Source: Candidatus Bathyarchaeota archaeon
Lineage (GTDB): Archaea > Thermoproteota > Bathyarchaeia > Bathyarchaeales > Bathycorpusculaceae
Direction: 5' to 3'
Assembly: GCA_963777155.1 (NCBI GenBank)
Contig: CAVZPM010000039.1
Coordinates: 116,868 to 180,867, forward strand
DNA length: 64,000 nt
A model generated the notes under the pieces. It saw nothing but the letters and a program-made list of their open reading frames with translations. It did not search any database and had not been told where the DNA came from. The translations under genes were made by a program, and so were the position numbers. Of this stretch, positions 19,002 through 29,951 are shown one piece after another; positions within the stretch are counted from its first letter, which is position 1, and the number at the start of each line of letters is the position of its first letter.

Positions 19002-20396
19002 CTATGGACATTCTGGTTCCATATGAACGGTAACCACCGAATTAGCAAAATGCTCCTTAGTTTCCTTTTCAATCTGAGAAGCTATCCTATGTGCATCTTT
19101 GACTTGAACCTGCTTGGTAAAACAGCAATCAATGTTGATATAACGTTTTCCAGTTGCGGCGTAGGTCACTACTCGTTTAATCCGAAGGTTGTTGGCGATT
19201 TTTTTGGCGACTTCAGTTACAATTCTTCTTAGTTGTGCCTCAGTAACTTCGGTAGCTGGAATTGCGACTCCTGCAGGCTCTACGTGAACTGTAACGTTCT
19301 CAATCGCCTTTATGTCTGCTTTTATATTGCTTTCAATGGTTTCAGCGATTCTGTGCGCTTCTTCAACAGAAAGTTCTGGGTTAACGTATGCATGTAGGGT
19401 AATGTAGAGTTTGCCACCGAGAAAATTGGTGGAGATTTCATGGACTTCTTTGACGCCTTCAACTGTTGCCAATTTTTCAACTAATTTGTCCATTTTTCTC
19501 TCGGTGTCGGAGGGTTCAATGTGGATTGTGGCATCTACGTTGCCCAAGTTTTCTTTTAAACAGGATTCAATCTTGGAAGCTAATGCGTGGGCTTCTTCTA
19601 GACTCATAAGGTTGGGTACCTGAACTGATGCTTCAACAAAAATCTTTGAACTAACCTTGCGGACTTTCAGATTCTCAGTTTTGAGAACACCTTCGCAGGA
19701 AAGAATAACTTTTCTTGTTTTTTCCACAAGATCCTTAGAAGCAGTATCGCTTAGCTCCATAACGCTAAACTTTACAAGTTTGAGACTCAAGTAAGTAAGC
19801 ATGGCTCCAAGGAAGATGGAGGCGAAGGCGTCTCCTCCTGTGAACCCTAAAATTGCTAAGCCGAAACCCAAGAGGGCGATAAGGGTTGAGCTTAAATCTG
19901 AAATAGCATCATAAAATCCCGCCTTCATAGATGTGCTTTGAGTGTGCTGAAACTTCTTAAAAACTGTGACTCGTAATGAAGCGACGAAAAGAGCGTAGCC
20001 TATTGCAATGAAACCTGCGAGTTCTACTCCAGCGTTAAGTTGGGGAGGATTAAGAAGACGCATAGCAGCCTCGTAGAAAATTAAGACCGCAACAGCAATC
20101 AGGACTATGCCGCCGATTAGTCCTCCTATAGTTTCAAACTTTTCGTGTCCGTAAGTGTGGTCTTCGTCGGCTGGCTTCATCGCAGCTCGGACTGCAAAAA
20201 AAAGCATAACACTCGAAAGTGCATCGAGTAGGGCATGTAAACCGTCACTTATTATCGCTAAACTGTTAACCAGATAACCAACCGTAACCTCAGCTATCAC
20301 AACGCTAAAGATTGCAACTGCTGAGATCTTTAAGGCCTTAAGCTTTAAGTTTCCAACTCGTGCATCTTGCATTTTATCTGGTCTACCTAAGCTCAT
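19002..20396 (-). CDS. cation diffusion facilitator with three C-terminal ZT-dimer domains
   Basis: SLAIISDGLH and KPADEDHTYGHEKFE; three AH..A..IE....(T/V)H(I/V/M)EP repeats. Confidence 0.9.
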   Translation of the reverse strand: MSLGRPDKMQDARVGNLKLKALKISAVAIFSVVIAEVTVGYLVNSLAIISDGLHALLDALSSVMLFFAVRAAMKPADEDHTYGHEKFETIGGLIGGIVLIAVAVLIFYEAAMRLLNPPQLNAGVELAGFIAIGYALFVASLRVTVFKKFQHTQSTSMKAGFYDAISDLSSTLIALLGFGLAILGFTGGDAFASIFLGAMLTYLSLKLVKFSVMELSDTASKDLVEKTRKVILSCEGVLKTENLKVRKVSSKIFVEASVQVPNLMSLEEAHALASKIESCLKENLGNVDATIHIEPSDTERKMDKLVEKLATVEGVKEVHEISTNFLGGKLYITLHAYVNPELSVEEAHRIAETIESNIKADIKAIENVTVHVEPAGVAIPATEVTEAQLRRIVTEVAKKIANNLRIKRVVTYAATGKRYINIDCCFTKQVQVKDAHRIASQIEKETKEHFANSVVTVHMEPECP

Positions 20397-20531
20397 AACT
20401 AGGGCGATTTAAGATTTGCGGGTTAGCATACATAAATTGATTTTCTAAAAGTCTGTTTGGGGCACTTTTAATCGAAATAATTCTCAGCTGATTTTTGGAA
20501 TAAAGATTTTCAGCTTCGCATTTGCAGGTGA

Positions 20532-21386
20532 CTAAGATAGTCCCATGAAAGATAAGTAGATGAGTGTTAGTGAGGAAAGGGTAACACCCATGGTTATTGC
20601 TGTTTTGGCTCGGTTCCAAGCATTTACAAAGTTTTCTTTGTACACTTCAATTATATTCTGGTCATTCGTGCAGAGCATGCATGGATGGCCTGTTTCAGTT
20701 ATTTGTTGAGTAGCTATCCATATTTCTTTGTTATCAATGATTTGGTAATTTTTACACGCTGTCTTATCTATAGATTTGGCAATAAATTGACCAGCAAATG
20801 GCGCTATCTTTTCTATGGCTTCCTTTGTTACCTCATCATCTTCTTTTGTGACTACTATTAGTCTCGTCGCGGCTTTAGTTTGAGCTATGGTTTGGAGGAA
20901 ATCGCGGAAATTATTGGACCGCGTTTGGATATTCTCAAGGGAGGAGACTAACTGTGCTTCTTTTTCTATTTTCTTAAACGTTAGAGTTCTTCGGTTCTTT
21001 ATCGCTTCATCGGTGGTCAAAAGACTGAATTGAGTTTCCTCTTTAATCTGCGGTTGGTTTTGAATGGAATCTACCATTTCTTTAAGATTGTTCTCTAAAT
21101 GAAGAATCCTATCTTCGGATTTTTTTCTTTCTTTCAAAATCAACGTTTCAAAGGCTTCTTCTATCGGAATAGATTCAATCATGAAGGGTTTGTCAATGGT
21201 TCTAGTGATTAAACCCATTTTTTCAAGTTTAGGTAATAGCTTGTAAATGTCTTGTCTATGTAACTGGGTTGTCTTGGCGATTTGTCCCACCCGAGTTTTT
21301 CCAGATTGAACAATGCACAGATAGACTTTGGCCTGATTGACTGTGAAACCGAAGCTTTCTAATTTGACAACCAAGTCTTCTTCCAT
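20532..21386 (-). CDS. TrmB-family transcriptional regulator
   Basis: LESFGFTVNQAKVYL...IAKTTQLHRQDIYKLLPKLEKMGLI HTH; C-terminal IIDNKEI effector domain. Confidence 0.85.
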   Translation of the reverse strand: MEEDLVVKLESFGFTVNQAKVYLCIVQSGKTRVGQIAKTTQLHRQDIYKLLPKLEKMGLITRTIDKPFMIESIPIEEAFETLILKERKKSEDRILHLENNLKEMVDSIQNQPQIKEETQFSLLTTDEAIKNRRTLTFKKIEKEAQLVSSLENIQTRSNNFRDFLQTIAQTKAATRLIVVTKEDDEVTKEAIEKIAPFAGQFIAKSIDKTACKNYQIIDNKEIWIATQQITETGHPCMLCTNDQNIIEVYKENFVNAWNRAKTAITMGVTLSSLTLIYLSFMGLS

Positions 21387-21694
21387 AGCTGCTTTTTCCT
21401 TTTTCTTCTTAAATGCCCTGCCAATTTTTCTATTTGTCTCCGAAGTCTTTCATAAGACTTTCGGAATTCCCTCGAGTGTTTAGGCAAAGTCCAATTCCCC
21501 ATCAGCTTTTTTAAGATTTGACCTAACAGAATCAACAAATATTGGGCAAAACACGTTTTCATTATCATATTGTGAGCAATTATTCTATTTTTGCCCAAAC
21601 ACAAGATTCTTCCTTACCCAGCTATGTTAAGACAACAACAATCGATAGGCATTTAGGGTTGGAAACAAGTAATACAGGAAATAGTTGATGCTCG

Positions 21695-22978
21695 ATGGCT
21701 TTAGTTAAAATAAACGAAATATTAGAGGGCAAACGTACTGACCAAAAAGTTACGGTTCGCGGTTGGGTTTACCGCAAACGTGAAGGCAAAGAACTCATCT
21801 TCATAGTTATTCGCGACTCCACAGGCGTTATCCAATGCACCTTGAAGAAAAACTGCCCCGGCTGGAGTGAAGCACAAAAACTAACAATAGAATCCTCGCT
21901 CTCGCTGGAAGGCATTGCAAAAGAGGATAAACGAGCTCCAGGTGGCTTCGAAATCAGCGCAGAGAACCTAAACACCATCGGTTTAGCAGAAACCTTCCCG
22001 ATTTCAAAGGACAAAAGCGAAGAATTCATCCGTGACATGCGGCATCTTTGGCTAAGAAGTCGAAAAATGAACCTTGTTATGAAGGTTCGAGGCGATGTTT
22101 TAGAAGCCTCAAGGGAATACTTCAAAACCCAGGAGTTCACTGAGGTATCGCCTCCCATGTTTATTTCTGCAGCAGTTGAAGGCGGCTCAACGCTATTTGG
22201 CTTAAAATACTTCGACCAAGACCTATACCTAACCCAGAGCAGCCAGCTTTACCTAGAAATACTGATTTACTCCTTAGAAAGAGTCTACTGCATCGCCCCC
22301 TCGTTCCGCGCGGAAAAAAGCCGAACAATTCGCCACTTAACTGAGTATTGGCACATGGAGGGAGAGTGGCCTTTTGCAGATATGAATGATTTGATGAAGT
22401 TTGAGGAAGGTTTGATGACGCATGTTTGCCACTCAATCGCGGACAAATGCCAAAAAGAATTCAAGGAACTGGGCGCAGACATAGAGAAATTAAAAGCAGT
22501 CAAGACGCCTTTCCCAAAAATAACCTACAAAGAAGCCATTGAACGCCTAAAACCCAAAAACCCAGCGTTGAATTGGGGCGCTGACCTTGGCTATGAGGAC
22601 GAGAAGGTTTTAGCTGAAGACTTCGGCAAACCCTTCTTCGTTTACGATTACCCAACTGAAATCAAAGCCTTCTACTGCAAAACCTACAGCGACCACCCAG
22701 AAGTTGCCATGTCTGTGGACATGATGGTGCCCCGTATCGGCGAAATCAGCACAGGCGGCGCAAGAGAAGACAACAAAGACATACTCACCGAACGCATGAA
22801 GGCGCAGGGCCTCAAGCCTGAAGATTACGAGTGGTACCTTGACCTAAGACGCTACGGCACCGTACCCCACGTAGGCTTCGGCATGGGACTGGAGCGGCTG
22901 CTGGTTTGGATGCTTGACTTAGACAACATCATCGACGCTATCCCGTTTCCAAGAACCACCCGCAGGTTCTACCCTTAA
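21695..22978 (+). CDS. asnS: asparagine--tRNA ligase
   Basis: OB-fold RGWVYR; YLTQSSQLYLE, FRAEKSRTIRHLTEYW, PHVGFGMGLER and IPFPR. Confidence 0.92.
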   Translation: MALVKINEILEGKRTDQKVTVRGWVYRKREGKELIFIVIRDSTGVIQCTLKKNCPGWSEAQKLTIESSLSLEGIAKEDKRAPGGFEISAENLNTIGLAETFPISKDKSEEFIRDMRHLWLRSRKMNLVMKVRGDVLEASREYFKTQEFTEVSPPMFISAAVEGGSTLFGLKYFDQDLYLTQSSQLYLEILIYSLERVYCIAPSFRAEKSRTIRHLTEYWHMEGEWPFADMNDLMKFEEGLMTHVCHSIADKCQKEFKELGADIEKLKAVKTPFPKITYKEAIERLKPKNPALNWGADLGYEDEKVLAEDFGKPFFVYDYPTEIKAFYCKTYSDHPEVAMSVDMMVPRIGEISTGGAREDNKDILTERMKAQGLKPEDYEWYLDLRRYGTVPHVGFGMGLERLLVWMLDLDNIIDAIPFPRTTRRFYP

Positions 22979-22990
22979 ACCCTTTTTTTG
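22979..22990 (+). terminator. oligo-T terminator after asnS
   Basis: CCCTTTTTTTG immediately after the stop. Confidence 0.5.
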
Positions 22991-23698
22991 TTAGTAGCCT
23001 GAAAAGTACTCGCGCTTCAATTTCTCTTTGGACAAACCTAAACTCTCCACGAGTTTTTCCATAGCTTCAACCATCGGCGGTGGTCCACATGTATAGAACA
23101 TGTTCTCTTGGTAGTTGGGTAATTGCTCCTTTATCATGTCAGCGTTAATTATGCCTGTTGCTCCCTTCCAATCAGGGGTAGGTTGGTTAACTATGAAGAC
23201 TAGCTTGATGTTCTTGTTTATTTGTGCTAAGTCCTCGAACTCCTTTTTGAAAGCTATATCTTCTGGTGTGCGGCAACCATAAAACAGAGTGATTTTGTTG
23301 CTTAGACCCTTGTCTGTAGCGTTTTTACAGTAACTCATAAAAGGAGTTATCCCGATGCCTCCACCGAGCAAAGCGATTTGTGGATATTCGCCCTCGAAAA
23401 TGAATTGTCCAAATGGTGCCTCTATTCGCGCCCAGTCGCCTACTTTTGCCGCTTTTAGAGCGAGTGAATATTCGTGGTCGGTGAATTTTTTAGTAAATTC
23501 GATGTGTTCTTTTTCTGTTGGGCTACTGCTGAAGCTGAAATGTTTCTTCAATTCTTTATCGCCTTGCTTTAGGGTGACAAAAAAGAATTGCCCTGGTTTA
23601 TAAGCTAACTCAGCAGGTCGGGGAAATCTAAAGCTAACTACATCATGTGTTCGCTGAATTATTTCTTGGAAATTAGTTTCAAAAATCATTAGAGGCAC
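22991..23698 (-). CDS. FAD/NAD(P)-binding oxidoreductase (ferredoxin-NADP reductase family)
   Basis: YKPGQF, FSFSSSP, GGGIGITPF and YTCGPPPM. Confidence 0.88.
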   Translation of the reverse strand: MPLMIFETNFQEIIQRTHDVVSFRFPRPAELAYKPGQFFFVTLKQGDKELKKHFSFSSSPTEKEHIEFTKKFTDHEYSLALKAAKVGDWARIEAPFGQFIFEGEYPQIALLGGGIGITPFMSYCKNATDKGLSNKITLFYGCRTPEDIAFKKEFEDLAQINKNIKLVFIVNQPTPDWKGATGIINADMIKEQLPNYQENMFYTCGPPPMVEAMEKLVESLGLSKEKLKREYFSGY

Positions 23699-23837
23699 CT
23701 AAAAAGTACAGTTTGTTATATGTTTCTTTGTCATTATAACTTTTTTGGCTAAAATAAATCTGAAGCAACCTTTCTATCTTTTGAAAACAGATATATCGTT
23801 TAGATGCACTAAATCAACGTAAAGCTAGGGCACATCA

Positions 23838-24417
23838 ATGAATGACAGCTGTCTAGAACAAACAAGTTACTCTAACAGGGTTTCCAGTTACGCTAAGAGC
23901 CATTGGGTGTCGCTTGGCTTGTTTTTATCAGCTTACGGAGCACTATACCTCTCCTCAGTAATTCTCAACCGCCACACTACAGCTGACTGGGAAAAAGCCA
24001 TCGCAATTTATTCCCCAACATCCATTAACCCCGTGTTGCCTCGAAGTTTAATCGACCCATTATTCTTTGCCACAAGCTTCCCAGCCTTAATCATAGGCCT
24101 CAGTCTGCTATGCTATTACAGTATACACGGAACAGAGCCCAAGACAGATGCCAATAAACAGTACGTCGCGATATTGCTGACCGTTTCGGGATTCACCTAC
24201 CAAGTAATCGGGGCTTGGCCGCTTCAACATCAAACAGATTTCCCCTGGCAATGGCAAAAACAAATCGTCAGCTTCGGACCAATTTTCGCTTGGGCCCTCT
24301 ACATTTCTAAGTTTAACAACTCTGGTAATAGGCGCTTTTTCACTATACAAACATAGTGTGGTTTACCATCAAAAACACTCCTACGAGGAAAACCAAAATG
24401 GCGAAACAGTGGCATAG
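23838..24417 (+). CDS. hypothetical membrane protein (one apparent frameshift near 24305)
   Basis: Several TM segments; the last TM continues in another frame to TAG at 24415-24417. Confidence 0.55.
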
Positions 24418-27169
24418 CAAAACCGCTCAAGAAGCGATGAGCGAATTAAATATAACCAGCAAAGGATTAACTACCCAGCAAGCGCAAGAACGCCTTGCAC
24501 AATATGGACTTAACGAACTCAAAAAAGAAAAAGGCAAATCACCCCTCAAACTTCTACTCGGCCAATTCACCGACATACTCATGATTATACTTCTCATCGC
24601 CATAGCGCTCTCGTTTGCGGTTGGGGAAGTCACCGATGCAGCCATTATCTTAGCCATAGTCATCGCAAGTGCAACGTTGGGTTTCACACAAGAATACCGC
24701 AGCGAAAAAGCTGTAGAAGCCCTCAAAAAAATGACAGCGCCCACCGCAAATGTCCTACGGGATGGAAAGGAAGTAAGAATCCCGGCCACTCAACTGGTTC
24801 CCGGAGACGTAATTCTTCTTTATACAGGTGACAAGATTCCTGCAGACGCCCGACTTCTAGAATCTTTCACCATGAAAACAGATGAAGCCTCCCTAACAGG
24901 CGAATCCTCACCAGTCAACAAATCAAGCGGTGAGCTGCCTGAACAAACCCAACTAAACGACCGCCGCAACATAGTTTATACAGGGACCGTTGTCGTTTAT
25001 GGCAGAGGAAAAGCTGTAGTTACAACTTCAGGTATGAATACTGAGTTTGGAAAAATTGCTCAGATGGTGCAAGCTGCCCCTGAAGCTCAAACGCCCCTGG
25101 AGAAGCGTTTGAGCGGGGTGGGTAAATGGATTGGCATTTTGGCTTTAGTGGTTGCAGTAAGCGTTGGTGTAGTTGGTATAGTCGTTGAACAACGCCCAGT
25201 TTTAGACATGGTCTTGTGGGCTATCAGTTTAGCTGTCGCAGCTGTGCCAGAAGCGTTGCCCGCTATCGTTACAGGTGCCCTCGCTATCGGTATGTACCGT
25301 ATGGCTAAAGTCAGCGCCATCGTTAAACGTCTACCCGCCGTGGAAACTCTTGGAAGCACCAGCGTCATCTGCAGCGACAAAACAGGCACTATGACCAAAG
25401 GCGAAATGACCGTCCAACGAATCTACGTAAATGAACAAGACATCAAAGTCACAGGCATAGGATACGCTCCAGAGGGCGAATTCCAAGATAAAGACAAAAA
25501 AGTAACCACTGACAAGAACCTCGCAACCCTTCTTAAAGTCGCAGTCCTATGCAACGACTCAGCCCTTGAACAAGACACCCAAACAGGCAAATGGATCATA
25601 AGAGGTGACCCAACCGAAGGCGCACTAGTTGTTGCCGCCGAGAAAGCAGGCATAAGTAAAGACGACCTCGAAGACCAAGAACCCCGTGTCTCTGAAGTTC
25701 CGTTCTCTTCTGAGCGAAAACGCATGACCACCATCCATGCCAAAGATGGCAAAAAAATTGCCTACATGAAGGGTGCCCCAGAAATGGTCTTAGAACGATG
25801 CAGCAAAATCGTCTTAGACGGTAAAGTCCAGCCGTTTAGCAGAGAGAGCCAAGCTAAGCACTTCAAAGTCACCGAAGATTTAGCCCTGCAAGCTCTCCGT
25901 AACCTAGCTTTCGCATACAAGGAACTCCCCAGCGGAGCAGACGAGTTCAAGGAAGAGATGGAGGAAGGCTTCGTCTTTGTTGGTATCATGAGCATGATTG
26001 ATCCACCGCGCCCCGAAGTTAAAGACGCCATAGCAATCTGTAAGAAGGCAGGCATACGTGTCGTCATGATTACAGGCGACCATAAACTCACAGCCACCGC
26101 CGTCGGCAAAGAGCTCAAGTTGCTTGAAGAAAAAGACATGGCAAGTCACGTATTAACCGGACAAGAACTCGAACAAATGACTGATGAACAACTTGCCGAG
26201 GTAGTGGAAAATGTGGTAATTTATGCGCGGGTCGCTCCAGAACATAAAGTTCGCATTGTGAAAGCTTGGAAACAAAAAGACCAAGTGGTCGCTATGACAG
26301 GTGACGGCGTTAACGATGCTCCAGCGCTCAAAATGAGTGATATAGGAATAGCCATGGGCATCAGCGGCACCGAAGTCACCAAAGAAGCGGCGGATATGGT
26401 TTTAGCAGACGACAACTTTGCAAGCATCGTTAAAGCCGTTAGAGAAGGGCGTGAAATCTTTGATAACATCAAAAAATACCTCACCTATCTGCTTCAATGT
26501 AACATCATGGAAATTCTAGTAATGTTCATTGCTGTGGTGAGCGTGCCCTACATAGCCAGAGTCATCTCACCGGGCTCAAATGTTGATTTAATAAATGATG
26601 CAGCTATCGCTTTGACAGCTGTGCAGATTCTTTGGATGAACCTTGTTACCGATGGGCTGCCTGCCATCGCTTTAGGCGTAGACCCCGGCGACCCCGACTT
26701 GATGGCGCGTAAACCACGTAAACCCAACGAGAGCGTCTTTAGCAAGGATGTCAAGGTTTACCTTAGCACTATACCAATACTCATGACGATTTTGCTTTTA
26801 GTTGCGTTCTACTCACATCTGCCGTGGCTAAGCGAGTTCAGATTACTGGAAGCTAGAACACAATTGTTAACTGCAATGATAGCGATGGAATTAGTCATCG
26901 CCATATCGATGCGATCGTTGAAGTATCCAGTATACAAGGTTGGAGCGTTCAAGAACAAGTGGTTATGGTATGCAATCCTAGTGTCCTTCGCATTGCAATT
27001 GGTAATCCTATATGTGCCCAGCCTACAAACTCTCTTCGACGTGCACTCCCCAGAACTCATCGATTGGGCAATCGCTGCGTTGTATGCAGTTATAGTATTT
27101 TCATCTTTAGAAGTTGGTAAATATGTAGCTTCAAGAAAGCGAAACGTATCGGTCTCCAAAGCTTTATAA
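24398..27169 (+). CDS. P-type ATPase, type IIA (Ca2+-transporting)
   Basis: LTGES, VPEALP, CSDKTGT, KGAPE, TGDGVNDAPAL and WMNLVTDGLPA; ATG at 24398. Confidence 0.93.
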   Translation: MAKQWHSKTAQEAMSELNITSKGLTTQQAQERLAQYGLNELKKEKGKSPLKLLLGQFTDILMIILLIAIALSFAVGEVTDAAIILAIVIASATLGFTQEYRSEKAVEALKKMTAPTANVLRDGKEVRIPATQLVPGDVILLYTGDKIPADARLLESFTMKTDEASLTGESSPVNKSSGELPEQTQLNDRRNIVYTGTVVVYGRGKAVVTTSGMNTEFGKIAQMVQAAPEAQTPLEKRLSGVGKWIGILALVVAVSVGVVGIVVEQRPVLDMVLWAISLAVAAVPEALPAIVTGALAIGMYRMAKVSAIVKRLPAVETLGSTSVICSDKTGTMTKGEMTVQRIYVNEQDIKVTGIGYAPEGEFQDKDKKVTTDKNLATLLKVAVLCNDSALEQDTQTGKWIIRGDPTEGALVVAAEKAGISKDDLEDQEPRVSEVPFSSERKRMTTIHAKDGKKIAYMKGAPEMVLERCSKIVLDGKVQPFSRESQAKHFKVTEDLALQALRNLAFAYKELPSGADEFKEEMEEGFVFVGIMSMIDPPRPEVKDAIAICKKAGIRVVMITGDHKLTATAVGKELKLLEEKDMASHVLTGQELEQMTDEQLAEVVENVVIYARVAPEHKVRIVKAWKQKDQVVAMTGDGVNDAPALKMSDIGIAMGISGTEVTKEAADMVLADDNFASIVKAVREGREIFDNIKKYLTYLLQCNIMEILVMFIAVVSVPYIARVISPGSNVDLINDAAIALTAVQILWMNLVTDGLPAIALGVDPGDPDLMARKPRKPNESVFSKDVKVYLSTIPILMTILLLVAFYSHLPWLSEFRLLEARTQLLTAMIAMELVIAISMRSLKYPVYKVGAFKNKWLWYAILVSFALQLVILYVPSLQTLFDVHSPELIDWAIAALYAVIVFSSLEVGKYVASRKRNVSVSKAL

Positions 27170-27217
27170 AAAAGCACGCTGAATTCAGTTAAAACATTAA
27201 ATCGGGGAAATATAGAA

Positions 27218-27798
27218 ATGAGCATAATACAGAAATTAGCTAATCCTGCTCCTCTAGGACTCTTGGGCTTCGGATTAACAACGGTACTTCTGAACTTACA
27301 CAATGCAGGCTTATTTGGACTCAACGCCATGATACTTGCCATGGGCTTAGCGTACGGTGGTCTCGCACAAATCATCGTCGGCATTATGGAATTTAAAAAA
27401 GGTAACACTTTTGGCATGACCGCGTTTCTCAGCTACGGCTTCTTCTGGTGGTCTCTTGTCGCATCTGGTTTTGTTGCCTGGAACAACATTCTTCGGTAGT
27501 GTCCTTGCCGCTGACTCAACCGCGATGGCAGCATACTTCATCATGTGGGGACTTTTCACGTTTGCAATGTTCTTTGGCACACTAAAAGCAAATCGTGCTC
27601 TTCAATTCGTCTTTGGCAGCCTATTCGATACTCTTCTTCATGCTCGCAGCAACACGACTAACAGGAAACGCAATGCTTGGACAAATCACAGGGATCGAGG
27701 GTATAATCTGCGGCGGCAGTGCAGTGTACCTTGGTCTTGCAGAAGTATTGAATGAAGCAAACGGAAAAACCGTTTTGCCAATACTACCAGTACAGTAA
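27218..27798 (+). CDS. satP: acetate uptake transporter (SatP / GPR1-FUN34-YaaH), split by two apparent indels
   Basis: [20 protein letters not shown] and GNTFG..AF.SYG.FW across three overlapping frames. Confidence 0.88.
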
Positions 27799-27954
27799 AA
27801 ACTTTACCTTCTTTTTTATATTATTTTTAGTTTAGTTTGAGTGCAGGGCACTTAGGCTTTAACGTAGAAGCGGATTAATTCGTTTTATTTTTGTTGAAAA
27901 AACTTATATTCTCTAGGGCTCACTGTTCCCAACATCTATAGGAAATGATAGCAT

Positions 27955-29916
27955 ATGGCAGAAGCTAGTTTACCTTTCAACGAGAAGTATAGTCCAAGTA
28001 TTGCAAAGGTTTCTTCTGGAGAAATACGCAAAGCAGAATGGGAAAAATCCATTAAAAACCCCACCGAGTTCTGGGCAGAGAAAGCAAAAGCCATCGACTG
28101 GTTCAAAGCACCCACCAAAATCGTGGATGACTCGAACCCGCCGTTCTTCAAATGGTTCCCCGATGGAGAACTCAACATCTGCTACAACGCAGTTGACCGA
28201 CACGTAAAAACCGCACGCAAAAACAAGCTTGCCTACATTTGGGAAGGCGAGATGGGTGAAGTAAAAACTTACACTTATTACCAATTATACCGTGAAATAA
28301 ACAAACTTGCAAAAGCACTAAAGGACCTGGGCGTTAAAAAAGGCGACCGCGTCGCAGTTTTTCTCCCAGTCATCCCAGAGTTGCCAATCGCTTTGCTTGC
28401 AACCGCAAGAATCGGTGGAGTCCACACAGTTGTCTTTTCAGGATTCAGCGCTGAAGCATTAGCTGACAGAGTCAACGATTGCGGAGCAAAAATCCTCATT
28501 ACAGCAGATGGCTCTTTCCGTCGTGGCAAACCAGTAGGAATCAAAGACAACGCAGACAAAGCATCACCCTTGATGCCGAACATCGAGAAAGTCCTCGTTG
28601 TCAAACGCACAGGTCAACCAATCCAAATGAAGGAAGGCAGAGACATTTGGTACCACGATGCATTGACAGCAGCAGGCGCAAGCGCTTACGTTGAACCAGA
28701 AAGCATGAAATCAACTGACCCACTGTTCATACTCTACACTTCAGGAACCACAGGTAAGCCAAAAGGCGTACAACACGGCACAGGCGGTTACCTGGTTTGG
28801 GCTTACTGGACTCTTAAATGGGCATTTAACCCCACAGACGAAGACATCTACTGGTGCGTCGCAGACATCGGCTGGATCACCGGTCACACATACAACGTTT
28901 ACGCACCCCTTAGCCACGGAATAACCGCGTTTCTCTTCGAAGGCACACCTGACTTCCCAGCTCAAGACCGCTGGTGGAGCATGATTGAAAACCACGGCGT
29001 CACCATACTCTACGGAACCCCAACCGCAGTCCGCATGTTCATGAAATTCGGCGAAGAATGGGTTAACAAACACGACCTAAGCACCCTGCGTGAACTCGGC
29101 TCAGTCGGCGAAGCCATAAATCCGGAAGCATGGAAATGGTATTACCGCGTCATCGGCAAAGAACGCTTACCAATCATCGACACTTGGTGGCAGACTGAAA
29201 CAGGCGGCTTCATGATTTCACCCGCAGCAGGCATCGAATTAACACCCCTAAAGCCAGGAAGCGCAACCCTTCCAATGCCTGGAGTGAACATAGACATCTT
29301 CGACGACGCAGGAAAACCACTCCCAGCAGAAAACAAAGGCTACCTAGTAATAAAGTCCCCATGGCCAGGAATGTTGCAGACAGTCTGGAAAGACCCCGAC
29401 CGTTACAAATCAGCATATTTCGGCAGATGGCCAGGAATCTACGTTACAGGCGACTACGCAATCCGCGACCAAGATGGGTACTTCTGGCTCTTAGGAAGAG
29501 CAGACGAAGTCCTCAAAGTAGCAGGCCACAGAATCGGCACCGTCGAACTCGAAAGCGCACTTGTTTCGCATCCAGCAGTCTCTGAAGCCGCAGTCATGGG
29601 CAAAGAAGATGCAGTCAAAGGCGAAGTCCCAGTAGCATTCGTTGTGTTGCGCGGCGGATTTGTCGCATCAGACGAGCTACGAGCGGAACTAACAAAACAC
29701 GTGCGAACAACCATCGGTCCAATCGCAACCCCAGATGCAGTCATTATCGTCAACAAACTACCAAAAACCAGAAGCGGCAAAATCATGCGTAGACTCCTCA
29801 AAGCAGTCCTCACAGGTGCACCACTAGGTGACACATCCACCATCGAAGACGAAGGCAGCATCGAAGACATCAAAGCAACCTACGCAGAACTACGCAAGCA
29901 ACTTGAGAAAAAATAA
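27955..29916 (+). CDS. acs: acetyl-CoA synthetase (AMP-forming)
   Basis: YTSGTTGKPKG, ADIGWITGH, DTWWQTETGG and PKTRSGKIMRR. Confidence 0.96.
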   Translation: MAEASLPFNEKYSPSIAKVSSGEIRKAEWEKSIKNPTEFWAEKAKAIDWFKAPTKIVDDSNPPFFKWFPDGELNICYNAVDRHVKTARKNKLAYIWEGEMGEVKTYTYYQLYREINKLAKALKDLGVKKGDRVAVFLPVIPELPIALLATARIGGVHTVVFSGFSAEALADRVNDCGAKILITADGSFRRGKPVGIKDNADKASPLMPNIEKVLVVKRTGQPIQMKEGRDIWYHDALTAAGASAYVEPESMKSTDPLFILYTSGTTGKPKGVQHGTGGYLVWAYWTLKWAFNPTDEDIYWCVADIGWITGHTYNVYAPLSHGITAFLFEGTPDFPAQDRWWSMIENHGVTILYGTPTAVRMFMKFGEEWVNKHDLSTLRELGSVGEAINPEAWKWYYRVIGKERLPIIDTWWQTETGGFMISPAAGIELTPLKPGSATLPMPGVNIDIFDDAGKPLPAENKGYLVIKSPWPGMLQTVWKDPDRYKSAYFGRWPGIYVTGDYAIRDQDGYFWLLGRADEVLKVAGHRIGTVELESALVSHPAVSEAAVMGKEDAVKGEVPVAFVVLRGGFVASDELRAELTKHVRTTIGPIATPDAVIIVNKLPKTRSGKIMRRLLKAVLTGAPLGDTSTIEDEGSIEDIKATYAELRKQLEKK

Positions 29917-29928
29917 ACCAACCTAACC

Positions 29929-29951
29929 TCTCTTTCTTTTTTTATCTTTTT
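29929..29951 (+). terminator. oligo-T terminator after acs
   Basis: TCTCTTTCTTTTTTTATCTTTTT downstream of the stop. Confidence 0.55.
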
